From positions 62,001-126,000 of the forward strand of contig NW_021832227.1 in assembly GCF_006345805.1 (NCBI RefSeq): a stretch of 64,000 bases of DNA, given 5' to 3'. This document shows positions 12,564 through 25,079 of this stretch, one piece after another. Each line of letters begins with the position of its first letter. Within the stretch, counting starts at the first letter, position 1. The position numbers were made by a program, and so were the translations under genes. Below the pieces are notes generated by a model. That model saw nothing but the letters and a program-made list of their open reading frames with translations. It had not been told where the DNA came from and ran no database searches. Origin of the DNA: Octopus sinensis. Lineage: Eukaryota.

Positions 12564-13257
12564 CCGAATTGGGCACCAAATGCCCCAAAAACAGGGGTTT
12601 AATAAAAACAGAGATTTTTAAACATCAAAAATCAATTTTAGAAAAATAATCAGTTAATTTATCCCCAGTTTTCCTTTTACTTCTTACATTTTTCATAAAA
12701 TTAAGTGAAAAATTTTCTTCTCTAACTGATCAAGAGAATCTTGCGTTTCTCTTAGAATTGTTTCTATGTTATCGTTTTCTATACCTTCGTTATAAATATT
12801 ATCGACGAATTCGTCATTTTCCCCATTCAATGTTTCGTTTACGGCATTATTGATTAATTCTTCTGTAATGATATCTTCAATTCTTACGGAATCACGAATC
12901 TTTTCAATTTGATTCCAACAATTAATTTGAATCTCAGTTCAAGCTTTGAAAGAATCAAATCCAATCTTTGAAGCGTATATAAGGCGATTTTCTTTATGAA
13001 AGGATCTGATATTGGAACTTTATCTTCCCGTAGTTTCTGAAATATTTCAAAAACTTGATCATCAAATTTCGATTTCTCACAATAAGGCATAGGATCTTCA
13101 TCCATGTTTACAGTTCCTTGTTCAAGAAAAGGCACAATTGTTTTTTTATTCGTGAAATCATGCCTTTACTAGTTTTGTATTTTTGAATTATCTGTCTTTC
13201 AGATAATTTGTTCTTCAATATCAATATAGCAATCTTTAATTTTGTTTCGTAGTTTAT

Positions 13258-14281
13258 TGTCGCGCTCCATGCAGGTTACACTCATTTTAAGCGTTACACT
13301 TTGGCCTTGACTTTTTTTGGATATTGACATCTAAAATCAATTAAAGTTTCCAAAGCAAAGTTTCCACGAGAAAGATTTCAAATGGACTTGGTGGATTTAA
13401 GTCGATGGTCCCAAGCCAATGATGGCTTTAAATATATATTTAATATCATTGACGTATATTCCAAATTTTGTTTTGCAAAAGCTATCGTCACAAAAGAAGC
13501 AACTGCTATTTGTTCAGCTTTAAGAACTATCTTTTATTGTTTTGGACCTCCTCAGATTTTACAATCTGACAATGGGAAAGAGTTCAAAAATGAACTAGTA
13601 AATTCTTTATGCACAAAATTTAACATTTTAAAAAAGTTTTGTCGTCCAAGGCATCCTCAGTCGCAGGGCCAAGTAGAACGTTGTAACTAAACGTTAACTC
13701 GTTGGTTACAAAAAAGAAAAATTGTGAATGCGAAAAAGATGTGTTGATATCACAAATTAAAATAATCCCGAGTTAACAATTCTTTTTGTTTTGTAAATAT
13801 CTTATCATGTTGCGTTAACTTTTTTTAATAAAAATTACAAAATAAGGCAACTCCCTGATTTGTAAGGTTAAATAAACTACAAAATGAGGTTAAACTTCTG
13901 ATATGTTAATAGAGCTTGAGCTTAATAGATATAATTACGGATAAGATATTAAGGTTAGGAAATGGTTAGGAATAGGGTGATTTGGATTAGAAAATGGTTA
14001 GGGTTAAGGTTAGGGTGTGGTTGGGTTAGAATCAAGTTTTTTTTGGAATAGAGTAAAAGTATAAGTTTTTAAAAATAATTTCTATTTTTATAATATTATT
14101 TTTTCTTTTTATAATTTATATAAAATAATAAATTATATTTTCATTTTTGAACAATTACTATGTGGTGTTTAAAATTGAGATTTCAATTTTTATGAAGTCT
14201 GTCACCTGTCAACGTCAACTGTCATGTCTCAGGGTCAAAGTGTAACGCTTAAAATTGGTGTAACCCGCATCGAGCGCCACA
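13258..14281 (+). mobile_element. Ginger2/TDD-like DNA transposon with retroviral-type integrase, internally deleted
   Basis: ~50-bp imperfect TIRs, TGT...ACA termini, 5-bp TSD TTTAT; integrase core FQMDLVD..IIDVYSK..LQSDNG..QGQVE with D-D35-E spacing (13382-13690). Confidence 0.85.
13949..14030 (+). repeat. Degenerate (TTAGGG)-like tract inside the Ginger element
   Basis: GGTTAGGA, GGTTAGGA, GGTTAGGGTTAAGGTTAGGG, GGGTTAG clustered in about 80 bp. Confidence 0.6.
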
Positions 14282-14614
14282 TTTATAATCATTGATAACA
14301 AAAAAATGTAAATAAACGTGTAAATTTAAATTATGTATTTATTAATAAAATATAATTTTATTTACTTTTTTTTTTTTATTTACTTATAATTTCATTCCCC
14401 ACAATTTTATAGTGCCTCAAAATTTCCGTATTTTTATCGATTTTTCATTTTACTCTGCCAAAATGTCGGCCAAAAAAGTGCCCCACCCCTGGGGTTTGCC
14501 CCAATTCGTGGTCGGACTGTATTTTTAGTATTTGGCTATTCTTGGTAATAAATAAACTTAAACACGATTTTTGTGAAAGTCTTAGGTAATGTTAGAAATT
14601 GGAATGTTAGATGA

Positions 14615-17142
14615 TTAAAGAGTTGGCTTGTTCTTTTTTCCAAGTATTTTCATCAAATTTTTGCTCATGTAATAAGGCTTATCGGCAGTGCCGTCATTTT
14701 TATCTAAGTCGTGCACTAGAAATAAGAAAATGAAGAAACAGTAGCAGAGAAATAGAGTGGCCACTCCTGTGCTGAATATTTCGAATATTCCTCGACTTGT
14801 AATGAAGGAAATGAGCCCCACAACCTGGAATCAACAGATTATATGTACCACGACGGGGACAACTCTGTAGCTCAAATTTCGATCCCCAAGTCCGATAGAG
14901 GCCTGGGCGGTTAATATTTCGGGAAATGTTGGAATGAACCACACATATGCAAGCAGAACTAAACATTAAATGACAGAATGACCCGTCAAAGCCACGCTAG
15001 AAAGTACAAAAAGAAGGATGATTATTTTAGCAAAAAAATCTGCAATCAATTTCCTAAAAGTAAAATAGAATAGAGACCCCATGATGTTCTTTATGATTAG
15101 TGAGAACGCGTCTTTTGCTGAGAAACAAAAATTTTTTCCGTAGATCATCATCTTAGATATGTAGTGTAAGAAATACCTGAATATATGCGTTCTGAGTGAG
15201 GAATTTGAGGAATTTTTCAAGACACCAAAAACAGCATTTCATGATTCTACAAATCAAATCAAACAACAACATTAGAAGAATTTGGACAAGTTTGTTATTG
15301 AACTTTTTCAATTTGTAGGAAATATATTCAAGGATTGCACGAATAAACTTGACAATGGCGATAATGAGAGAACCAAATGCTACCGACCCCAAGTGATATC
15401 TCCTCAACAGGTGACTAATACCTTGTGACCACTCCCAATGATTTGATGACGGGAGACACAGGGATGTCTTTTGGTTTGTTGAGAGCCCAGTAATATCCAG
15501 AGAATGAGCCAGCAATCACACATATATTTATTCCGTCAATAAATTGAACAAGCCAGAACCACATGAACAGATCATAAGCAAGAAGGTATGGTCGATATCT
15601 ATAAATGAATTAATAATATTAACGTGGTATCCCCGTACTTGACAAATCGACAAGCAGACCCTGCGATCCCCGCCGCCTGAGCATCACAACTGACTGAATT
15701 GACAGCGGAGATAATATTATTTGTAACAGTTGTTTGTGTCACGTTCGCGTATGTCTTGGAGCCCATTGTTTGGAGATATCTGCAATGATGAGACCCAACA
15801 ACCCTGCAATAGCCGCACAGAATACTGTCGCCATAACAAGTAGCCCTACAGGAATGAGAGACCAGAAGAGAAGTCCCCAGACGTATCCCATAGCTCTAGA
15901 CATGCCTTATTTGAACAACTTTGATGTTTCTTTTAGCAGCTGAATGGCTACTCGAATATTCTTCCAACATCCCAAAATAACCAAAACCAACACTCCTAAA
16001 AGAATCCCAAATATGCAGCCTTCATCATAACACCAGCTCATACCAATTGTCAAATTTAGGTTGTAGTAGTCTCCATACGACTTGATGTTGGTCGTGAGAC
16101 CACCTGGCCACGCTTCTGCTCCACTGTCTTTGAGCTGGTAATATCTTGTTATGAAGAAATATGTCCCTGGCAATACTAAAAACAATCTACCGAATGACAG
16201 AGCGACTGTCATTGCTAGTAGTGCCACACAGATTATAATCCCCGCAAAACATCGCAGAAGCATCACGAAAATGAGGGCAATCACAACCGAAATAAGAGTG
16301 AATCTACAAAAATAGGTAAATAAATGGGAATACACGAGCAAGTCGTATTTGGTTGCCATAATATCTCCCATTGCTCCTATAAAAAATGTCTGCATTTTAG
16401 CGTAGACTCCCTGAGTACTGCACTTGATAGTCTCAAATGTACTTGGCCAAGTTCTGAATTCCACTTATTGTCATTGTCGAAGAATTGCTCAGTGATACAT
16501 TTGAATTTACGTTTCCAGTGAATGAAGAAAGGAGCAGTGAGGGAAGACATCGTTCATACACTAAGGCATCCACGTCATTCCAACAAACCGCTAGTCGACT
16601 CCAACGTAAAAGAGGGACATTTTGGGAGAGCAGTTGAGTACTGCAATGTACTAAATCACTTCAAACCGTGTCGGAATTAGTAGCATTTACACAGTAGCCA
16701 TTTGAGATATATGATAGGTAATTTTGAGGCAAGATCACAGAGTTTGTCGTTGGACAGCTCGCCACGCAAACCTGCTCTGTTGGACATCCATTTGTCAAAA
16801 TCAAAGGCCCCATTTGAAGACAAGTAATGAAGTTGTAGAAAAGCAAGTATTTTTTGTTGCTATAAAATAAACAAAACTTTTACGTGTAATCAAATCCATT
16901 TCCATTGTTTACTCCACAGATGTTACCATAAGAATCCGTTGGATACAGCAACTGGCGGATATCTCCGTATATCAAGCCTGACTAATTATATTCCAAAGTT
17001 ACCAATCGCTCCAACCGCAATGAGTCCCAAAAAGAATATAATGAAAAGAATCAAGCATAGAATGTCAGTACAACCTCTAACCAATCAAACAAGAAAAATA
17101 CCTATTTCTGGACAATCCGAACTTTTTTGGTCCTTTTCCCAT
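14615..17142 (-). CDS. Choline transporter-like protein (SLC44/CTL family), many micro-introns
   Basis: MGKGPKKFGLSRN|RGCTDILC start; EQVCVASCP; RRYHLGSVAFGSLIIAIVKFIR; KCCFWCLEKFLKFLTQNAYI; HDLDKNDGTADKPYYMS C-terminus. Confidence 0.92.
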
Positions 17143-18479
17143 TTTTAGATATACAATTCTAAATATGAGAATTTACAAATATTAAAAATATCGACTAATT
17201 AAATTGATTGCCATTTTATCAAGGAGTGCACAAACTTCTTATCAATTATGACTAGCACGAAATACAAGGAATATATATATAATACTATAGCGACGTTATT
17301 TGTTCGAATATTGATTATGGACTATTCTTGGTTTAAAAAACAAAAGATTAATGCCTGTGGTTGTTAATAACAGCAATAACAGTAATTTATTTTTAAGGAA
17401 TTTGCGATCAATAGTTTATATTTTGATTCTCAAGAAAGATATCTCAAATTCGGTGGGAGGTACAAATCAAAAGGAATTTGGACAAAATTTTTAGGGTATT
17501 AAATTTTAATTTAATTATAAAACACCTCAAGAATTTTGTATATTCGATTATCTAAAAATATTACATTATTGATATATATGGGTGGCATTCAATTCTTTAT
17601 ATATATTATACTGATAATTTATCAGTGATAAATCAAATTGATTTAATCTAATTGCGCATAATTTTATTTCAGTAAGAAACTGAGTCCTCTGTCAATTCAG
17701 TTAAAATTTGCAGTTCTTCTCTTTTAGCAATAAGATTGTTTTTTTCCTTGAAAATTTGATTGTTATCAAAAAAAATTTGATTGTTATAGTTTTCGATTTT
17801 CATGTTTTCTTTATTTTTAATTTTTTAATATTAGAATTATAGAATTTGATCGTGACTTTTCGTATAATTGTAGATTGTACTTGTGGAGTTTCTTGGGACG
17901 TGTCATCAAATTTGATAATTATTATTTCGTTTTTGTATAAGCAAAAACAAAATTATTGAATTTATTGATTTTAATTGAATGGGAATTTGCAACATTGTAT
18001 CTATTCTTATTTCAAAGCAACTATTTGACATAATTGATTGAACTGCGGGTGTTTAATAATGATTTATACAACCATGTGTTTTAAATATATCATAACATAA
18101 AACAACTAGACTAATTCTAAAATTAATAATTATTTTAAAAGCACAGTCCAGTGGGGAATTTTATGTGGCTGTGTAGTGCAGACTATTGGAAACTAGAGAG
18201 ATCGAATAAACAAAATTTTAAATAGCAAAATATTATACTATAATCCGTTATGAAAAAATGATTATATGTTAAATAAAAATAATTTAGCAAAGATAAGAGC
18301 CAAACCCCAAGTGTTTTGGAAAGGTAATAAAAGACCACTGGGAATTCTAATGTGATCCATGCAGTTCATCTTTTGTTCTGATGGCCCCTAATGCATTATT
18401 TGCATCAAAAAGAACCGTCAGACACCCACCAAATTTTCTTGTCTTCCCTTTGTTACTTCTGGCCAGCGATACCAAACTT

Positions 18480-19080
18480 ACTCGGGGCCCCGACTTTGAA
18501 CTAATTATTTTACAACTAAATATCAATGGAATCCCCAATAAAGTGGTAAAACTACACACTCTTCTTATTCGATTAAAAAGTGTACAACGTTCTTAAATAA
18601 GAGTCGGAACTCACTGGATCATGCCCCACCCCATGTTGCTGGGGAACTATGTATTTCGAAAAAACCGGACAAGGAAACTCAGAGAAGGGGTCCTGTATAC
18701 TCCCATGAAGACCAAATTTATCAAAACTATGCCGATTGAATTATTTGTTACTATTTGGGAACTTTAGTTCCAAACATCTGCTCTGGCTACAGCCGTAAAG
18801 AGTATATCTGGAAAACGATAAGAAAGATTAACAGCTTTATGAAAGAGGACGACTGGGAGATGAAAATCAGTATCCAAGGTTCTTCCAAACTTGCTAATGA
18901 AATTTTATATGTCGATCACCGATGAGAAATTCACTTGGGACCATCAACAACCATACCCTAACAAACATATGAAAAACTTTCTACTTTCTAAACATTTTCA
19001 TACTCGAGCCCGGAAGTATCTATATCTTGCATCCTGTCAAAAGCACTAGAAAAACTTGTAATTATTGAAAAGTACCGAAA
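18480..19080 (+). mobile_element. Degraded LINE APE-endonuclease fragment
   Basis: IILQLNINGIPNKVVKL APE N-terminal motif, followed by eroded downstream motifs. Confidence 0.5.
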
Positions 19081-21135
19081 CATTTTTTCTTACTTTTTTT
19101 AATTAATTTAGTTAAGTGCTTGGAAACCAAAAAGTGTTAATAAATATTTAATTAGCTGCAGAAAAAAAATAAATAAATAAACTATTCTAGCATATTTCTT
19201 TATTTATTTCATATGAAAAATTTCATTACAAGCTTAAGTAATATTCTTACTGTGGCTCCCAAAATTATGAGGCACATAATCAAATTAAAAATGTTGATTT
19301 TATAATAATACCATTTTTGTTTTCAAGAAAATAATCAGTGATAATACTTTTTTAATTCAGGCGATAATGATAATTTCAAATCAGTGTATAATTTCAAATT
19401 TTTTGAGAATTTTGGTTAAGTGTCTGAAACAGGTATTAGCGGTTCAAATGCTTAAAAGACAAATTTGTCTAATAACTCTGACAGCATACTCTGGGATAAG
19501 GATCGATCTAAATGCATTGAAGTTGAATCATTGAAAAAAGAATGGCTGTTTTTTATTCTTGACATAGTCTTTTAAAATAGCCAAATCCACTTTGATACAT
19601 TTGTTTAGGAAACCAATACACTGCACTTTCACTTTTTAGAACCAATGTACTTTCTCGTTGGCCGAGTTAGTGAATCCTTATGTTCGATAAGAATTTATTT
19701 GTCATGTCTAGATATTACTCGCATTACTTTTGCATTCGGAGATTATCAAGTCACTTTAAAAACGAACAGTTTGGAGATGACTTTAAAAAATATAAAATAG
19801 TGATCTATTACCTTTAGGAAACGAAGACCTACTGATTTGACCGAACCTTTACAAACTACTACATCATCCTCCTACTGTCAGAAAACTAGCGCTATTGTCT
19901 CGTTTTTAGAACAGTCCATTTCTGATCAATCACTTACATAAGATATAGACAATCTATGACCGTCTTTAGGTTATCAAAATCCACTTATTTCCGTTTATGA
20001 ATAATTTTTTGATGACCATAATCAATGTGTATGCCGCCCACACTAACAGGACATTAGCAAATACACGAAGTTAAAACGAATTTACATAAACTTATTTAGT
20101 TTCATATAGATTTCCGCATATTTTCTCTAACATTCATTTGCGGGCTAAGATGGAAGGATCAGTGTAAGATTTTAGGAAAGAAAATTCGGAAATCTATCTG
20201 GAGATTTTATTGTCTAGTTTTGCAGCGGCATATTTCTATATCTATGCAACACGATTTTTGAACACTGCAAAATACAGGACAACGTGGCTAGCCTTTCGAA
20301 ATGAAAGAAGTGAAAGTCAAAAACAATATTCGATGAAATTGACTACATTTTTTGCAAGAAATTTTTTAAAGAGGCTGGATTCGAGAAGTTACTAGGTAGT
20401 GATAAGCTTAAAATTGCACGCACATATCTGAAACAGTTCTTTGACATACTGGGAAAAAACAGAATGATGCCGGTGGGGCCTGTATGTTGGGTACGAATGT
20501 GCTGACGGAGAATAACCTGAAAAATGATATAGTTTTGATACGCTTAAGTAAGCAATAAAATTTTCCATCAAATAAAAAGACGATCAAACTAGTTAATGAA
20601 CCAATACCTCGACGATAAAACATACAAGATAATAAAACTTAATTTGGGAATCGAATGTTTATTGGTATCAAAAAATTAACAAGGGGATCTTCAATGCCAT
20701 CTATCACCTCATATTGAATCAAGAAACAAGCTTATGAATATACTAAAAAGGCTATTAGATGATGACTACTTTTGACTAGTGAGATTTTTTTCTAGCTAAA
20801 ACAGAGCTAACTGTCAGAATGGGTACGAAAGAATTCAGAAAGTTCTTTACTAACGTTAGCACTCCGCAAATAAACCGTTTAAGAGACATATTTGGAACTG
20901 TTCTTAAGTTAAATTGCGAAACATTACCAGGATCCATAAAAAAGACTATCGAAGGATCAGGAAAAGGCTTGAATCTGAGGATGACCAAGACGATATTCAA
21001 ATGTGACCCAGGAACAAAAGAGTCTTGGGAATTGGTGACAGCGAGGATTGTCGATGCATGGCTCAATAATCTTAGTATTTAGTGATCAATCCGGCCTATG
21101 TCATCAACAAAAATGAAGAGAACTTTTGACTAGTG

Positions 21136-23528
21136 CAGGGGTCGGCAAATACTTTTGGAGAAGAGCCAATTTTGAACATTTTTGGAAATTTCGAAAAATT
21201 GAAGAGCCACCTTTTACCACTTGTCAAAAATTTAAATTCATAAAATTAAATAGACATTAATTTAAAAAATAATTAAAAATTCATTTTAAAAAATTAAATT
21301 AATTAGACGCATTAATGAGAATGTGATTCCTCATTTCTTTGGAGAGTTGGTTAATGTCTGGGTCGTAAGTCGTTAATTTTAATCTGAGGTTAGATTCCAA
21401 ATTCGAATCTGTAATTTTGTTCCTTAATTTCGATTTTATATAATTCATATGAGAAAAACTTTGTTTACACATATAAGTGGACTCGAATATTGTCAAAATT
21501 CCGTATGCAACTTTTTTTAATTCATAATAAGAATCTGGAAGAGAATTCCAAGTTTCGAGAATCACATCTTCCAGTTTCTTTTGTATAAAATTAATATCAT
21601 TCTTAATTTTACCAGACAATGTTTCTGTTCCAAGGTTTCAAGAAATTCTGAAAGGCGAATAAACTTTGATGCCCATAATTCCTTACATGTCAAGTCCAAT
21701 AGCTGCATTTCGAACTCAGCTGCGTTGATTTCAAATGGCAATAAATTTAAATTGCTGACTTTAGCACGTAGAGGGTTTATAACGAACGATAGTGTTGCTT
21801 TTTCTTTTCTAAAATCCTCAAACCTTTATATTTAAACATTCATTTTTAACCTGTCATTGAAAGATTCCTTCATATACAAAAGAGCATTTTTAAAATAAGT
21901 TTTATTTATAGTTCGATCATTTTCTTTTAAATATTGGCGTAATTTAGGAAAATGTAGAATATTTTGTTCTATATCCTCTTCAAACAGAATTAATTTTTTT
22001 CAAACAATATCACTTCCTCATACATGAAAAAAGCAATATTTCCACTCCGTTGCAATTTTGAATTAAGTTTGTTCAATTCTGATGAAATGTCAACCATGAA
22101 ATAAAATTTCTGCAGCCATTGGTCATCACTTAATTCGTCATAATGAATTTTTTTCTCATTGAAAAAAAGTTTGACTTCTTGCATACAAGAAGCAAACCGA
22201 TTGAGAACGTTCCCTCTCGAAAGCCAACGAACTTTGTTGTATTGAAGTAGATCAATATACTCGTTGTTGGTTTCGTTTAACAACTCTTTAAATAGCCGAT
22301 GATTAAGTCCCGTGAATATATAATAAATAATATATTACTCTTGATATAATGAAGTTAGTAATCTTTATAACCAATTCCATCACTTCTAAAATTTCTTTCG
22401 GAAACGTTTGCGCAGATAGTGCTTCTTGGTGGATAATACAATGTAGAGTAATCACTTCATGATCAATTCTCCTTTTAATTAAAGTTGTAAATCCCTTTCT
22501 CGATCCCAGCATGCTTGCAGCACCGTCAGTTGAAATTGAAACGATTTTATTAAGAGGAATATAATGCGTTTCAAAATATTCTACGACTGCACCAACAAGA
22601 TCTTCACCACGGGTTTGACCCTTTAGAGGCAATAATGCCAAAAGTTCTTGCCTCAGGAAACCTCGAGACACATAACGAACAAACAGAGACACCTAAAATG
22701 ACATGAACAATGATACTTGTGCAATGTCATTTATATCACATGATTCATCTATTGCTATTGAAATTGAATTAGACAATTTCATGTCAGAAACTTGTTGAAC
22801 AGATACATTCGAAGACATCTTAAAAGTCCTGTCGGCTACTATTTTCGCAGATAAAGGTATATTCATTATCTTATTCACGATTTCTGCCTTATTTGAAAAA
22901 TCGTGAAAAAGTTCTTCAGAGGTTTTAATGAAACATGCCTTTATAAATTCCCCATCGGTAAATGGTTTTCCCCTTTTTGCGATCTCGTGGCTTATTACAA
23001 AACTTGCAATATTTGCAGTCCTGGCATTGTCGGACCAACATTTAAAAGCAGAATTCTCGAATTGAATATTTTTTGTAAGTTCTTCTACAGCTTTCTTTCG
23101 GGAATCACCAATTGGATATTTTTTGGCGAAATTTGAGTGTTTTGTGTTAAAGTGTCTCTCTAAATTTGACTTTTTATTTTGATTCAATGTTTCCTGGCAG
23201 ATGAGACATTTCGGTAGTTGTTCTGAATTAGACGTGAATGCAAAAGTTTCAGTCCATTTTGATTGAAAATGTCGCGCATTATCGATTTTTTTATTAATTT
23301 TTTTCTTGCTAGGCATATATCAATGTACCACAAAAAATTAATGTTAAACGTGCAAAGATTTTTTGTTATTAACAAAACAAAACAAATAGTTAAAAATTGA
23401 AATCATTTATAAAAAAAATAGTTAAAAATTGAAATCATTTATAAAAAAAATAGTTAAAAATTGAAAGAGCCTACCGTAAGAGTTAAAGAGCCTTCAAAGG
23501 CTCGCGAGCCTGGTTTTGCCGACCCCTG
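21136..23528 (-). mobile_element. Near-intact hAT transposon with TIRs and 8-bp TSD
   Basis: GACTAGTG|CAGGGGTCGGCAAA ... TTTGCCGACCCCTG|GACTAGTG; central TA in the TSD as in Buster-type hATs. Confidence 0.95.
21299..23316 (-). CDS. GTF2IRD2/Spin-like hAT transposase with 3 (possibly 4) micro-introns
   Basis: CLICQETLNQNKKSNLERH; IAIDESCD; ISTDGAASM; HCIIHQEAL; VRWLSRG; ETWNSLP..STYMCKQSFS. Introns at 22716-22693, 22338-22311, 21850-21824. Confidence 0.85.
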
Positions 23529-23559
23529 GACTAGTGTATCAGTCTTTTATCGTTTTGAG

Positions 23560-24900
23560 GTCGTATGTCTTTTTTTGTTTGCTCATGCCTGTTTTTGCTA
23601 TTAATAAACCCAGAATATTTCCTCCATTTGATTAATTACACTCAGTGGATCAATGATGTCCGTTGATTCGTGTCTATTTTAAAATTTATTTTACCTTCAA
23701 GGCATTTTTCGGAAAAAACTTCGTTCACCATTTTTGTCATGTCAGTATAAATCTTCGTGCTAATATTTAATGTTCCCTCCCATTGACACTCAAAAATTTT
23801 TTTCCAGCAATTTTGAATATGCATATATGCCTTTGAAATTAATTTCATGACATTTTGCAAATTGAGATATTTTATTGTTTTCAAAAAATTATCGGTATTT
23901 TCACAGGCAGACGAATTCGCTGTAATTTGTTTTGAATCCTTTAATTTTCAACATGTTAATTATTTCAAAGTTATTCATGAATAATTTAATTAGTTAATGG
24001 CTTCACCTGACACTCGGCCAGCCATCCCAATAGCAAAGCCATTTCCACGAATCACAGCGATCGACAGACGTTCCAAGAACCAAGATAACTCTCTGGAATT
24101 GTGTCTTATTCTTGATAATCGTCGACCGAGCGAGCAAAGGAAGCGAAGCGTCTGGGGGTCAAAGATCCGCAAAGATTCCAAAGCAATTAGAGTAAACAAA
24201 ATTCGAATTCAAGAGGTGGCCGTACTTGTCCACTTGTCCACCAGATTAAGCAATCTTGTCCACCAGATTCCGGAGAAAGAGAGATGGAGAGCCTTTAATC
24301 AAACATCGCTGGTTTGACAGCGACCTGCACGTAAGCAAGCAAGTCGGTGTTGATTGGAAACAAAAAGCATGTCTTCAAAAGTCGTCTGACCAGAGATCTC
24401 GTCCCACTGCCGCTGGATAGATTGAAAATTGGCCAGCCTCGAACCAAACCGGGCTTCCCATTGACCAGAAGCGTACGTCTTTCTATTTCCCATTTTCTGC
24501 AAACGATCTAAAAACGTCATTGTGATCTCTTTTTTTATTTTATCACAAAACACAATATCCTGTTTTATGTGTTGAAAAATGAACTTTCAATGCACAGTCC
24601 CTTGTTGTAAAAAAATTAGTCCAATATTCTTTATGAAGTCACTCAGATTTTTTGCTATTTAAAGCAAGTTTTTTAATGACCAATCAAGCTGTTTGGATCA
24701 GTAATGAATATGAAATTGAATGAACTGGAGACCCTACATCAGTAACATCGACGTCAAAAAACAAACAGCCGTTTTCTATAATATTCCATCTATAACTTAT
24801 TCTCAACCACTCAACAAGCTAGGAATATTTAACCAAGTCACATGACTGATTTCTAACTGGTTCTTGGACAGAATCTCATTGACTTCCAAAAATTTTTTGA
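23560..24900 (-). mobile_element. Degraded pogo/Tigger DDE-domain pieces flanking an inserted CRE-like fragment
   Basis: LNLQNVMKLISKAYMHIQNCWKK (23642-23884) and NIGLIFLQQGT (near 24600) resemble the pogo DDE C-terminal half. Confidence 0.4.
23990..24553 (-). mobile_element. CRE-like non-LTR RLE 3' fragment
   Basis: FTLIALESLRIFDPQTLRFLCSLGRRLS..SWFLERLSIAVIRGNGFAI. Confidence 0.7.
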
Positions 24901-25079
24901 ACTCCGTAACCACCACTTTGGTTATGAACTTTTAAAAAATGAGTGACGATTCTGAAAGGGAACTGTTTAGCTTGTCTGGTTCGCTCGATTCGCCACTCTT
25001 GTCTTAATAATAAAATGGTATGGTGTGTGTCTGTCTGTCTGTCTGTCTGTGTGTGCACACCAACTTCAAATTGGCAATA

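Larger units (their letters stand above)
8666..12565 (-). mobile_element. Near-full-length APE/RT LINE (I/Jockey supergroup), 5'-truncated, with AATAAA plus (TTCCTA)n tail
   Basis: ORF1 with CCHC knuckles, ORF2 with APE and RT; 23-nt A tract after the stop, AATAAAA and three TTCCTA-type repeats at the 3' end. The 5' junction cuts a pogo subterminal sequence. No TSD seen. Confidence 0.9.
12566..14519 (-). mobile_element. pogo/Tigger-like element (CENP-B-type HTH domains plus acidic tail, DDE domain deleted), interrupted by a Ginger element
   Basis: TA|CAGTCCGACC TIR; removing 13258-14281 and one TSD restores ATG-IINYETKLKIAILILKNKLSERQIIQKYKTSKGMISRIKK; second HTH DDQVFEIFQKLREDKVPISDPFIKKIAL; C-terminal KLTDYFSK. 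Confidence 0.75.

Noticed and set aside
21578-21612. Fourth hAT intron as certain
   Set aside because: It is GT-AG and frame-restoring, but it could be coding with a 1-bp error; recalled homologues are longer here.
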